Positions 9,007-18,718 of a stretch of 64,000 nt of DNA are shown one piece after another. Both the position numbers and the translations under genes were made by a program. Location of the stretch: IMG/VR virus record IMGVR_UViG_3300025141_000018; one strand, written 5' to 3'. The notes under the pieces were generated by a model that was given only the letters and a program-made list of their open reading frames with translations, searched no databases and was not told the origin of the DNA. Position 1 is the stretch's first letter; the number at the start of each line of letters is the position of its first letter. The DNA is from a virus. Lineage: Duplodnaviria; Caudoviricetes.

Positions 9007-9630
9007 TTACTTCCTTGCTGTCTGCTTGTTTACCCCAGACATTTTGCTGGGATTAGGTATAGAATTTTGACCGCTCAACGGGCTCGTTTTATTGCCCTCT
9101 GTGGTCTCCATTTGTGGTGCCGAACTCTCGCTACTTGCATATTCGAACTTCCTGTTCTCTAACCCTTTAAGAAAATCAACATTATATTCGCCACCATAAT
9201 ATCTGCCATTATTTTTTGCCTCGTCTCCTGAATAATCAGTTCCCATAATGGCCTCTTTAGGACTTTCGTCCTCAGGTTCATCAAGCTCATTGAGCGGATC
9301 TGCCAAATTTCTAACTTTTAATTTATATTCTGGAATGCTAAGATATTCTACTAGTTGTTGTTGTAATATGTGTGGTGCAATAGGTAAATTTAATTTTGCA
9401 TCCACAATATAAACATCTATAGCAGTACCTTGGTTAGCAAACTCTAATGGGTTGGTTTGCGTCATTAATTTTCTTGCGGAAGAAATGCTATCAGGGGAAT
9501 ATCGCTTTAAGAATACATCCATCTTATCATCAATTGCGGAGTCAAGTGTTTCTCCCAAAGGGATGGCCATCTTAATACGTAAGTCGTATTGTTTCTTAGA
9601 TTCGGTTAAGTATTCATTTAAACGTTTCAT
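9007..9630 (-). CDS. hypothetical morphogenesis-region protein
   Basis: Likely start MKRLNEYLTES at 9630 with GAGGA RBS. Confidence 0.7.
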   Translation of the reverse strand: MKRLNEYLTESKKQYDLRIKMAIPLGETLDSAIDDKMDVFLKRYSPDSISSARKLMTQTNPLEFANQGTAIDVYIVDAKLNLPIAPHILQQQLVEYLSIPEYKLKVRNLADPLNELDEPEDESPKEAIMGTDYSGDEAKNNGRYYGGEYNVDFLKGLENRKFEYASSESSAPQMETTEGNKTSPLSGQNSIPNPSKMSGVNKQTARK

Positions 9631-9631
9631 A

Positions 9632-10027
9632 TTATTCCTCGTCTTTTTCTTCGCGAACTTCGTCTTCTTCTTTGTCTTTTTTCTGTGCTTCAGCAACCAT
9701 ATTAGCATAACTACGTAATAAATCTTGTGTAGTTTGTGGTGCTGGTGTGTCTGTAGTTTCCTCGATTTGCTCGCCTTCATCGACTTGCTCGTCGTCTTCG
9801 TCTACTTCTTCTTCTTTTGCTTCTTCAACTTCTTCTTTGTCGTCATCATCGTCTTTTGCTTCGGCAACGGTTTCTTCATCTTCAGTTGCTTCTTCTTTAA
9901 CTTCCTCAGTTGCATCCTCTTGAATTGCTTGATCGGATACTTCTTCAGTTGACTCTTCGACAGGCTTTTGATCTGTTAAAAGATCAGCATAAGCTCGAAG
10001 TTGTTGTGCAGAATTGGCATATTCCAT
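9632..10027 (-). CDS. very acidic protein, prohead-core-like
   Basis: Glu/Asp-rich; repeated LR(A/S)YA motif; late box at 10057-10063. Confidence 0.65.
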   Translation of the reverse strand: MEYANSAQQLRAYADLLTDQKPVEESTEEVSDQAIQEDATEEVKEEATEDEETVAEAKDDDDDKEEVEEAKEEEVDEDDEQVDEGEQIEETTDTPAPQTTQDLLRSYANMVAEAQKKDKEEDEVREEKDEE

Positions 10028-10055
10028 AATATTATCCTTGGATTTCTAGTTTATT

Positions 10056-10592
10056 TTATTTATCTTTATTTTGAGATAAAGCACTCAACATACTATTTCT
10101 ATCTGAAACAACATATTCAGCGTCTTGTTCTATTACTTTAGGCATTTTGTGTATGTTTTGATCCAAACGCATCTTTTTAAGTTGCATTTCGATTGCTTTT
10201 AATTTTCTATCTGCTTTAGCATTTTTTGCATCTACCGCTGTCTTTAATACACTAGATGCGGCTTCAAATATCTTTCCTGCATTGCGATCTTCTACATTAA
10301 ACCCTAAATCCATTAAATCTTCAAATGCTTTTTCTGCTTTATCAGCATATCTATCCATATCTGGATCACTTGAGTGTATATCATCAACGTGAGTTAATGA
10401 TGTGTTAATGCGATCGCTCATATCAACAACATTTGTTACTGGGGCTTCTGCTATAACTTGCTGTTCTTCAACAACAGGCATAGGAGCAACATCTTCAATA
10501 ACTGGAGTTGCTTTTTTATCACGTGATTCGTAGAACTCTTCTGCTTCTACAGGATCTGCTAAATCAAATAAATCTTCTAATTTTTTAGTCAT
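10056..10592 (-). CDS. putative terminase small subunit
   Basis: Helical protein (DLMDLGFNVEDRNAGKIFEAASSVLKTAVDAK) positioned between the gp4-like gene and gp17. Confidence 0.5.
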   Translation of the reverse strand: MTKKLEDLFDLADPVEAEEFYESRDKKATPVIEDVAPMPVVEEQQVIAEAPVTNVVDMSDRINTSLTHVDDIHSSDPDMDRYADKAEKAFEDLMDLGFNVEDRNAGKIFEAASSVLKTAVDAKNAKADRKLKAIEMQLKKMRLDQNIHKMPKVIEQDAEYVVSDRNSMLSALSQNKDK

Positions 10593-11035
10593 CGTTTGCT
10601 TCTGCCGTAATTATTAAATATTTCTTTTTCTGTTACAATACGAAAATTAATTCCTTTACGTTTGCACCATTCACTTGCGGCTGTCCATTTAGCATGATTT
10701 AATGCAACCGCCGCCTTATCAGTTCTTGACTTTGCTTCAGTAAGACTTGATTGTGTACTTGGTTTTATTTCAACCATTTCCATACGTTTTTGACCTTTTT
10801 TGTTTTGATAAACAATCATAAAATCTGGTACATAAACAGTATGTTTTCCTGTAAAGGGATTCCTATACGGAATTGAATGACCTTCACTTGCCCAACCTAT
10901 AACACTTGGATGACCATCACACATTCTCATAAAAACTAATTCCCAACTACTTCGATAATGCGGTGTATGTTTACCAAAATATTTTCCGGGATTTTTACAA
11001 GTATATTTTCCTTGTTCGTATTTTCGTCTTCGCAT
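10589..11035 (-). CDS. gp4: head completion nuclease (T4 gp4 / TnsA-like)
   Basis: YRSSWE...FM..CD, IPYRNP, YVPDF, EIKP, LNHAKW motifs. Confidence 0.85.
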   Translation of the reverse strand: MRRRKYEQGKYTCKNPGKYFGKHTPHYRSSWELVFMRMCDGHPSVIGWASEGHSIPYRNPFTGKHTVYVPDFMIVYQNKKGQKRMEMVEIKPSTQSSLTEAKSRTDKAAVALNHAKWTAASEWCKRKGINFRIVTEKEIFNNYGRSKR

Positions 11036-11047
11036 CTATCATCCTCA

Positions 11048-11809
11048 TTAAGCGGTAATAATATCGGTCATTGAATCTGCAATATTTAAACTGTTAGGAG
11101 TAGATTTGTCCTCATCATTATTTTCTTCATCACCGACTTGAGCAAGATATTTTACTTGTTCAAACGATACATTCATTGTCCATTGGATTGGCCCTGAATC
11201 ACCATAATTTAAAGTATCATGTGCAATACTATTAATTGTTGGGTTATATAATACTACTGGATCAAGTTTCTTTATATTTTCTAGTGTAAGTTCGTCCGGC
11301 CAGCCCCTGGTAATCATAATCCATTTTATAAAATTCTTTTGATAAGCATATGGTGGAGGACTAAAACCAAAGCCACCGCCATGCTGTCCGCTTGCTGATA
11401 TGTCACTTACAGGATCATATAGTCCTTGTATTGAAGATGGAAGCATTCTGTCTTTGTAATAGTATCTAAAATAATTTTGATATACTGATTGAAATGTATT
11501 ATCAACAGTATCATAGAAAACTATGCTGATAGGATTATACGAATGCCCTGTTTGTATAATTCTTTTCCTGTTATATTGATTTACTACTTGAGTATCAAAT
11601 TGTATAGTAGGAAGTTCTATTTGAACCGCTAGCGGATGAGGCACCGACCTTGTGGTATCTCTTTGATCATCGTCCCCGTCGTCCTTGGAGAGTTTGGCAA
11701 AATCAAACTGGACATAAAAGTTAAACTTTTGCCGGGGCCTTAATTCCATAGGCTCCCCGTAAGGAGCCATTACATTAAATTCTTTTTCCGCTAACGTATA
11801 TGCTGACAT
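11048..11809 (-). CDS. tail-tube-like baseplate protein (gp19/gp48/gp54 fold)
   Basis: IELPTIQFDTQVVNQYNRKRIIQTGHSYNPISIVFYDT; adjacent to the tube gene. Confidence 0.7.
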   Translation of the reverse strand: MSAYTLAEKEFNVMAPYGEPMELRPRQKFNFYVQFDFAKLSKDDGDDDQRDTTRSVPHPLAVQIELPTIQFDTQVVNQYNRKRIIQTGHSYNPISIVFYDTVDNTFQSVYQNYFRYYYKDRMLPSSIQGLYDPVSDISASGQHGGGFGFSPPPYAYQKNFIKWIMITRGWPDELTLENIKKLDPVVLYNPTINSIAHDTLNYGDSGPIQWTMNVSFEQVKYLAQVGDEENNDEDKSTPNSLNIADSMTDIITA

Positions 11810-12432
11810 TAGTTACTAGACGTTGCGCCGACATTAAGTCTAGATGGTGCCCGACTTAGAATTGCCAAGCCGTTTGCTCCAGTTTGTTCGGCATTGTCGT
11901 ATCTAATTGTCATCGTTACTATTTGTGCATCATTATTAGCATAGTTACTCTCACCATACTGTATTTGCGACAAATAACATCCACTTAAACTCCAGGCATC
12001 TAAAATATTTTCATCTGCTACTGGGTTTGCTCCATCCAATGTTTCGATTAAAGTTGAAAACTTGTAATTGACAGCGGCTATTGGTGCACTCTGTGCTGAG
12101 TGATCCATTTGGTTTTGAACTTGTGAACCAATTGCTTTAATTACATGTCCATCAACGTCGTCTCTAATTATACATTGAATTGGATTCCAGGTATGTTTAC
12201 CTGCTAGATATACTCTTGAATTATATACTTCAAGAGTAATGTCATCGTGTTGCAAGTCAGGCCGACCAACACTAACTAAGTTTCTTGTGAGCCTGATTAA
12301 ACTATCAGTGGCGTTACTACCACCTAAGTTTTGAAATGTAACCCTAAACCTATATTGCAATTTAGGCATTAGAGTTGTACCTTCGGGTTGTGTCCCGTCA
12401 ACAGGTACTTTAAAATTGCTTAAAACAGCCAT
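11809..12432 (-). CDS. gp19: tail tube protein
   Basis: LMPKLQYRFRV, YLAGKHTWNPI, VTMTIRYDNA; follows the sheath gene; GGAG RBS and late box at 12456-12462. Confidence 0.88.
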   Translation of the reverse strand: MAVLSNFKVPVDGTQPEGTTLMPKLQYRFRVTFQNLGGSNATDSLIRLTRNLVSVGRPDLQHDDITLEVYNSRVYLAGKHTWNPIQCIIRDDVDGHVIKAIGSQVQNQMDHSAQSAPIAAVNYKFSTLIETLDGANPVADENILDAWSLSGCYLSQIQYGESNYANNDAQIVTMTIRYDNAEQTGANGLAILSRAPSRLNVGATSSN

Positions 12433-12491
12433 TATACTCTCCAAGTCGTTTCTAGTATTTATTAAATTTAGACAAATTTTGAGAAGCGGTT

Positions 12492-12522
12492 TGCAGTGGC
12501 CCCCAAATTAGGCGCCACTGCA
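12492..12522. other. 9-bp perfect inverted repeat between sheath and tube genes
   Basis: TGCAGTGGC...GCCACTGCA with no U-tract. Confidence 0.6.
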
Positions 12523-12528
12523 CGAAGA

Positions 12529-15252
12529 TTAACTAGAACCGGAAAGTTTACCGGTATTAAGAATTCTTACAGGTATGTAAATAAATTCTGCGGCTTTTGT
12601 TGGCTCAACGCCAATATCAATCCAAAGTTCATTTCGATCAATTCTTGCAGATGTATTATTGCTTGTATCACAAACTACTGCAAAGTCATACAATCCACGT
12701 TTTGCTTGTATGTCTCCTAAGAATCTTTCAATCATATCTTTGATGTTTGCTCTTGTTAATGTATCATTAGGTTCAAAAATAAACGGTCTTACAATTTTAT
12801 CAAGACGTTCTCTTAGATAAATCATCAAACGAGAAACATTTATTCTATCTAATGCACTATCTGCGGCATAAAGAGTTTTTTGTCCCCAAACTATAACACC
12901 TTCACCTGGAAAGTTTGCTACTGGATTCACTTTTTTAGCATATAAAGTGTCTCGCAAACCTTGTGTTAGTGCTACTGCCTTAAATTCGCTTTCGCTGTCA
13001 ATATAGCCAACGTTTGTAGCATTTTGTACTGATCCTCTTGCAATACCTGCTGGTGCAAACCATGGATAAGAAACATTGTCATTGTATGCTAATGTTCGCA
13101 TAATTGTATGACTCATTGGCTGAGCTACTGTATAACCATCAACGTTTGTTGTTAATGCTACACCTGGATAGTAAACGCCCATTTTATCATTCTTAGGACT
13201 TACTAATCCATCTTCGCCATTTTCTACTGCGGCTGTACCATCAATCCATGTACTAATATTTGTTGCATTATTAGCAAGTCTCATTGGTGAATCAATAACA
13301 CAAAATGCAGTTTCTTTTCTATCAGTTGATAGAGTAGACATTTCGTCAGCACATTCAGGATAACCTGGTGCAGTAATTAAGTTAAAACTTAATGTTTCTG
13401 CTCTTAAGTCATCATCTGATAATGCGGCTTGCATTGCAATAACAACAACTTTTCTTTGTGCCGCTCTGCCAAAATTTCCTGATCCATCAGCGGCTGTTCC
13501 ACTTGCTGAACGCCATTTCCATGAAGTTGTTAATGAAGTATCATACTTTCTAACATTATATGAAGAACGACATAAGTTCATTGCAAGCATCCCATCCGGA
13601 TATAATGCTGGATTTGGTCCACCTGTTATAACTGTTGCACCAATGCTTGCATTTGTTGAGTCACTAGAGGTTTCAGTAATGTCTGCAAATACAACACCAT
13701 TTGGAGTTGACTGATCTGAACTATCACGTGATATCCATGCACTTGTGCCAGTATCATACATTTTAAATACAAGACCGCCACCTGTTGTGTCCATCCATAA
13801 ATCGTTATTACTTGGTCCAGTCGGTGCCGTAGTACCTACAGAGCTAATTGTTTTAGGAATCCAAAGTCCTGTTGCTTTAATATACATATCAAAAGAACCG
13901 ATTAATGTAGTACTATCATACCAGTATGTGCCGTCCGTTGTAGAACCTGTTAATGCAGTTGGACTACTTTGCAAATTACCTGATGCAGTACCTGGTGTAA
14001 TTGCAGTCCATACACCTGCTCCATCAGCAGTTTTAACACTCATTTCTGGATCGCCAGTATCGTGATCAATTGCATCAATATAAATTTCACCTGCGGCAGG
14101 CGTTGCTCCACCGTTAATATAAACAGTTATATCGCCTTGGACCAATCCTGTGTCGGCTGTTCCGCCTACTGTAATAGCGGTAATTTTACCTGACGAGTCA
14201 ACTGTTGCTGTTGCAGTTCTATTTGATGCACCATTCAATGTAATAGTTGGTAAATCACCTGAACTGTATCCTGATCCACCATCGTCTACTGTGATACTAG
14301 CAATATCACCGGCTGTAATAATAGCGGTTCCGTATGCTTGTGACCCAACACCAAAACGTCCTGGTGAATTCGCTTCATCATCAGAAAATAATACAGGTGT
14401 TGTTTTAGTTGTCCATCCAGCCGTTGTTGAACTGTAAGATTTCATAACAACATTCATTCCAGCATTTGCTGAAGTCATCTTAATCCATACATCGTATCTG
14501 GCTGGACTTGCTGGTACATTTGTATGTGGATCAACATATATATTTGTTGCCGCATACACTCCACCAAGTGCTTGCATATCTGTTTCTCTAATTTCTGTCC
14601 ATGTTGCTGATGAGGTCTTTTTGTAATATCTCCATCCTGCTAATGTTGATCCTCCGCTCCCTAAACTAACGATTGCATATGAATCAACTGGTAATGCCGC
14701 TACTGTACTGATAGCATTATTAGGAACTGCACTTGCGGCGGCTCCTGATATTTCGCCTGCTACTAATACAGTTGGTGTCTTACTTACCCAAGCACCAGCA
14801 CTATCGGCTTCAAAAATGCCCCATGATGTTGATGCTGTATCAAGCCATACTTGACCATTGTTAGGTGGTCCTTTTGGTTCTGTTGCAGATGCTTCTAATT
14901 CGGTAGTATTAATGCCTGCTCTTACAACATAAGCCCGACTTGCTATTCCTAGAAAGGAATATGCGGCCAATAAACCCCACTCGTTTGTTTCATGCCCGTG
15001 TACTGGAGTTCCGCTTGTAACTTTAAAAGTAGGATCTCCGTAACTATTAAGTAAGTCTCGTTGACTTGTAATAAGAGCTACGTTTCCAGCCTGGGCTGAA
15101 GTTGTATACGGTGCAGTGGTTGTGCCGTCCGTCAACGTTTTATCTTGCCCTGTTGCAATGATAAACATTGGTACTGTGCCAGTTCCGACGCTGGCATAAA
15201 ATGATTCGTCAGTTACCGAAACACTGACTCCTGGTGATACTAAAGTTGCCAT
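12529..15252 (-). CDS. gp18: tail sheath protein (enlarged, 907 aa)
   Basis: LVSPGVSVSVTDES N-terminus, PWFAPAG..RG, WGQKTL, LDRINVSRL, FEPND, PTKAAEFIYIP; late box at 15287-15293. Confidence 0.95.
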   Translation of the reverse strand: MATLVSPGVSVSVTDESFYASVGTGTVPMFIIATGQDKTLTDGTTTAPYTTSAQAGNVALITSQRDLLNSYGDPTFKVTSGTPVHGHETNEWGLLAAYSFLGIASRAYVVRAGINTTELEASATEPKGPPNNGQVWLDTASTSWGIFEADSAGAWVSKTPTVLVAGEISGAAASAVPNNAISTVAALPVDSYAIVSLGSGGSTLAGWRYYKKTSSATWTEIRETDMQALGGVYAATNIYVDPHTNVPASPARYDVWIKMTSANAGMNVVMKSYSSTTAGWTTKTTPVLFSDDEANSPGRFGVGSQAYGTAIITAGDIASITVDDGGSGYSSGDLPTITLNGASNRTATATVDSSGKITAITVGGTADTGLVQGDITVYINGGATPAAGEIYIDAIDHDTGDPEMSVKTADGAGVWTAITPGTASGNLQSSPTALTGSTTDGTYWYDSTTLIGSFDMYIKATGLWIPKTISSVGTTAPTGPSNNDLWMDTTGGGLVFKMYDTGTSAWISRDSSDQSTPNGVVFADITETSSDSTNASIGATVITGGPNPALYPDGMLAMNLCRSSYNVRKYDTSLTTSWKWRSASGTAADGSGNFGRAAQRKVVVIAMQAALSDDDLRAETLSFNLITAPGYPECADEMSTLSTDRKETAFCVIDSPMRLANNATNISTWIDGTAAVENGEDGLVSPKNDKMGVYYPGVALTTNVDGYTVAQPMSHTIMRTLAYNDNVSYPWFAPAGIARGSVQNATNVGYIDSESEFKAVALTQGLRDTLYAKKVNPVANFPGEGVIVWGQKTLYAADSALDRINVSRLMIYLRERLDKIVRPFIFEPNDTLTRANIKDMIERFLGDIQAKRGLYDFAVVCDTSNNTSARIDRNELWIDIGVEPTKAAEFIYIPVRILNTGKLSGSS

Positions 15253-15317
15253 TTAGTTTTCCTTAAAATTATAGGTCTCTTTTACATATTTATGTGGTAT
15301 TTGGTATATAGTGGTGT

Positions 15318-16067
15318 TTAACCGATGACAAAATGGAGCGGATCGCCACCATCTTGGTAAGTTACAAGTTCTTGCTCGAGCTTGTCCATTGATGCCTGTG
15401 CATCTGTACGTAATGCCTCGCCATTTAATGTAGTACCACCTTGTGGTCCTGCAATTTGGCTAAATTTACTTCTTGCTTCTGCTATAATTAATTTTGCTTC
15501 TGCTACTGCCCAACTTCGACACCAAAATCCAGCATATGTATCGCTTAATAAATCTGCTTCAGGTCTATAGTTATAACAATGTAGAATAACATTTTCATCA
15601 TTACTTTTTACTTTTCGTTGTATTGATATTGTTTTGCTACTAGGCTTCCATGTAAACATATATTCACTACCAAACATTCTACCAAGCATTTCTCTATGTT
15701 GAGAATATGCTTCAAAGGTCATAAGGCCACCAGCCCGTCCTGAATGCAACAAATATGTATTAAGATATGCCGCCTCGAAAGGCTCAACATCATTTCCATA
15801 TGTTGTTCCAGAAATACCTGTTACTGTTCTATAGATATCTTTAACTTCGATTATTTCGTCAGGTAAGACATAATCACTAACTTCCTTTGTTAATGAGAGT
15901 ATTGCGAAACTTTCTTCTGTTGCATTTGATGAACGTTGTCTATAACGGTCTAATGCGTGATCAATGCTTAAATTATAATGATCAGCATCTAATTCAACAT
16001 CTACAATACCTCCACCGAGGCTAAGTTCTATATCTTTAATTAATTTCTGTCGTTGAGACTGGGCCAT
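15318..16067 (-). CDS. gp13: neck protein (T4 gp13-like)
   Basis: LGGGIVDVELD, EARSKFSQIAGPQGGTTLNGEAL; late box at 16085-16091. Confidence 0.85.
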   Translation of the reverse strand: MAQSQRQKLIKDIELSLGGGIVDVELDADHYNLSIDHALDRYRQRSSNATEESFAILSLTKEVSDYVLPDEIIEVKDIYRTVTGISGTTYGNDVEPFEAAYLNTYLLHSGRAGGLMTFEAYSQHREMLGRMFGSEYMFTWKPSSKTISIQRKVKSNDENVILHCYNYRPEADLLSDTYAGFWCRSWAVAEAKLIIAEARSKFSQIAGPQGGTTLNGEALRTDAQASMDKLEQELVTYQDGGDPLHFVIG

Positions 16068-16128
16068 ACAACTACCTTTTACAATATTTATGAAAAAGGA
16101 GACTAAGGTAGTTGCATGGACTTGGGAT

Positions 16129-17307
16129 CTATTTAAATACTTTGAGGATTACAGTATCATCACCAAATCGCGGAGTTAACCGGGTTTCTACTGCATTTAT
16201 GCCTGTAAACCATTTATCAAACTTAGTTTTGCTAAGTCCTTTACATTCTTTTAATTGTTCCTTAGGTTTACGAAGTGTTTTCCTAACACTTAGGTTTTCG
16301 TTCACATTTAGTATGGTTGTACCTTTTGCTTTAAACCCCATACTGTCATCGGCAATTAAAACACCAATCTTTCTAAATTTACATTGATAAATCACTGCCG
16401 CAGTTGCACCAATTAATGATAATGGTTTTTCGCTTACAATTCCTAAATCATCATTTTTAGGAGAGTATTTTAATTTAGCAACTTGCTTTTCAGCACTCCT
16501 TGGTTTCTTTGTACGTTGTTTTCTATTAGCAAGTGATTCACCAATAATCATATCACATGCATCAATAACATCTTGTAAAAACGTTACAAAACGATGTTTA
16601 TCCGAAGTTGACATATGTGAATAACCTTCAACCATATCTTCGTCAGTTTTAAGAATTGCATGATTAATTTCAGCAAGTTCTGCTTCGTAGTCTTTTTTAA
16701 TAACTCTTGCATGAGCTTGGTTACAGTTATTACCACGCAAATACTCAAGTGGTTTGTTTTGTAAGGAAACTAATGCCCATGTACTTTCGTTACTTGTACA
16801 CATGTCTTTCCATTTTTCTAATTCGGCACCAATATCCCATGCTTGTTCTTTAACACGGTCTTGTATTGTTGGACCTACTTGGCGTTCTTCTTTCTTTTCG
16901 TCCCTTTTTTCTAGTTTATTAAATCCATGAGTACAAAGATAATCAACATGTCTATCTAATTTCTCTTGTACTGTTTCTTCAAACTCTGCGCCTTTCACTG
17001 CCATTCGTGCAAGCCAACCATAAGTTGGAAGAACAAATACATCTGGACATGCTTTTACCATTTTAGAATCATCAGTGCGATTTCGTTCAACTAGATACTC
17101 TGCTAAGTATTTTTTTGCATCTTTAACATTACTATGATAATTGTAATAATTAAACCCCCGTGCTAATTCCATATCCTTAACTGGTCCATAAAATTCGGGC
17201 TCTGGTCCAGTATATTGTTCGTCAAGACCTCTTTGTGATAATCGTTTTTTCTTTTTAGGAGCAACTTTTAATAAACTACCATCAGTTTTCTTTTTTTGCT
17301 TTGGCAT
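16129..17307 (-). CDS. hypothetical protein of a type common in T4-like phages
   Basis: Long ORF; likely start MPKQKKK; TIQDRVKEQA, KQVAKLKY, RKTLRKPKEQL motifs. Confidence 0.7.
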   Translation of the reverse strand: MPKQKKKTDGSLLKVAPKKKKRLSQRGLDEQYTGPEPEFYGPVKDMELARGFNYYNYHSNVKDAKKYLAEYLVERNRTDDSKMVKACPDVFVLPTYGWLARMAVKGAEFEETVQEKLDRHVDYLCTHGFNKLEKRDEKKEERQVGPTIQDRVKEQAWDIGAELEKWKDMCTSNESTWALVSLQNKPLEYLRGNNCNQAHARVIKKDYEAELAEINHAILKTDEDMVEGYSHMSTSDKHRFVTFLQDVIDACDMIIGESLANRKQRTKKPRSAEKQVAKLKYSPKNDDLGIVSEKPLSLIGATAAVIYQCKFRKIGVLIADDSMGFKAKGTTILNVNENLSVRKTLRKPKEQLKECKGLSKTKFDKWFTGINAVETRLTPRFGDDTVILKVFK

Positions 17308-17348
17308 ACTGTTCCTTTGTTTAAGTTGGCAGACCATCTAGGAATGGC

Positions 17349-17864
17349 CTATAAGTTCTGCGTATGAGTACATTTTGGATAATTTGAGCATCCAAGAAAA
17401 TTTTTCTTTGTACGTTTCGCAGTTCGTTTAACAAGTAAACTTTCACACTTTGGACAAACATGATTTCCATCTGCTACATATTTCCAAAGTTCCTGTGCCC
17501 GCTCTTTCATATTACGAAAGGCATTTATTGTTCTATTTACTCTGCGTTCTGCTTTAACAGGTCGATCTTGTTTAAGATCAAATAAAGTAACACGAATTGC
17601 ATCAGATCCAATTTCTCGTGTTCTTTTAGTTTTTCTATCTACGGATGAAAAAATACGGATGGAATAACGGAAGTTGTCGCCTTTTAAGGCTTTCATAAAA
17701 TCGTCTGCGTTGTCATTCTTTACTACACGTTCAAAAACATACTCGTTTGCATTAATGCCAAATCCTTCTGAGTTTGGATCAACATCATTAATACATTTAA
17801 AACCCATATCTTCAACTAGCACTTGCTTTGCTTGATCGTATGTAAATTCAACGTATCCTGACAT
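17349..17864 (-). CDS. protein with a C-terminal topoisomerase-type C4 zinc ribbon
   Basis: CPKCESLLVKR...FLGCSNYPKC. Confidence 0.75.
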   Translation of the reverse strand: MSGYVEFTYDQAKQVLVEDMGFKCINDVDPNSEGFGINANEYVFERVVKNDNADDFMKALKGDNFRYSIRIFSSVDRKTKRTREIGSDAIRVTLFDLKQDRPVKAERRVNRTINAFRNMKERAQELWKYVADGNHVCPKCESLLVKRTAKRTKKNFLGCSNYPKCTHTQNL

Positions 17865-17895
17865 AAACCGCCTCTTTGTTAGTGTTTTAATGTTA

Positions 17896-17903
17896 TATAA
17901 ATA
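17896..17903 (+). promoter_or_regulatory. canonical T4 late box TATAAATA driving the plus-strand pair
   Basis: Exact TATAAATA 20 nt upstream of the ATG at 17924. Confidence 0.55.
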
Positions 17904-17930
17904 TTATACTATCATATAGCAAAATGTCAA
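17903..17930 (-). promoter_or_regulatory. sigma70-like promoter
   Basis: ggTTGACA-N16-TATAAT, divergent from and overlapping the plus-strand late box. Confidence 0.65.
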
Positions 17931-18718
17931 CCGAAAAAAAGAACCAAATTATTTATGTATTAAATCGAGCAGGTCATTGTGGAGTCTGGTTCTCTTGGGC
18001 ATTGCATAATGCTCTAGGCTATAATTATTATGAATCTGATTGGTTAGGATACGAATATAATTTAAATGGTAATCCAAATGGAAATAAGGAGTTAGGTGAA
18101 AAGTTACGAATGATATCGTATTTTCTATCTGAAGCCGGTCAACATGGATCATATAATACAAAAAACCATACACACAATGCTACCGATAAAATATTAATTA
18201 ACAATAGCGACGATGGTATGGCTGATAACGAGCTAATAGAATGGGCATTTGTTATTAGAGCAGTTAATCAAATACTAAAAGAGGATAAAATGTTATTCTC
18301 TAAAAAAAATTCTACAATAGTTATTCAAAACGAATTTAGATACAATTTACCAATCCAGTCAAATGATCCAAATAATTTAGTATTTTATACAAACGGAGAT
18401 ACATATTTTAAACGTACCGGAGTTTGGCGTAAAGGATTAGAAAGTATTAATGAAGATTTAGAAATGCAACCCGAAGAACCGCAAGTATTTGATCCTCTAA
18501 CTGGTGCATGTCATAGTTCTGTTCCTTCTAATTTTAGATGGGAAAACATATTAAGCGAATATTCTATTATACTAAATTTAGAAGATATGATTTTTAATAA
18601 AAATTATGATTTTGTAAAATATATATACGAAGATGTTGATATAGATGTATTGCATAATAGTATGTTACAATGGCACCATCGCATGTTAGATACACATAAA
18701 GGACAGGAATATTCATGA
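17924..18718 (+). CDS. hypothetical protein, possible sulfotransferase/P-loop-like fold
   Basis: N-terminal strand-GHCG-helix; paralogue of the next gene. Confidence 0.55.
   Translation: MSTEKKNQIIYVLNRAGHCGVWFSWALHNALGYNYYESDWLGYEYNLNGNPNGNKELGEKLRMISYFLSEAGQHGSYNTKNHTHNATDKILINNSDDGMADNELIEWAFVIRAVNQILKEDKMLFSKKNSTIVIQNEFRYNLPIQSNDPNNLVFYTNGDTYFKRTGVWRKGLESINEDLEMQPEEPQVFDPLTGACHSSVPSNFRWENILSEYSIILNLEDMIFNKNYDFVKYIYEDVDIDVLHNSMLQWHHRMLDTHKGQEYS

Noticed and set aside
10589-11035. TnsA-like nuclease as evidence of a transposon
   Set aside because: Motifs and position next to the tail tube and terminase genes match the T4 gp4 head-completion family; no TnsB/C or terminal repeats
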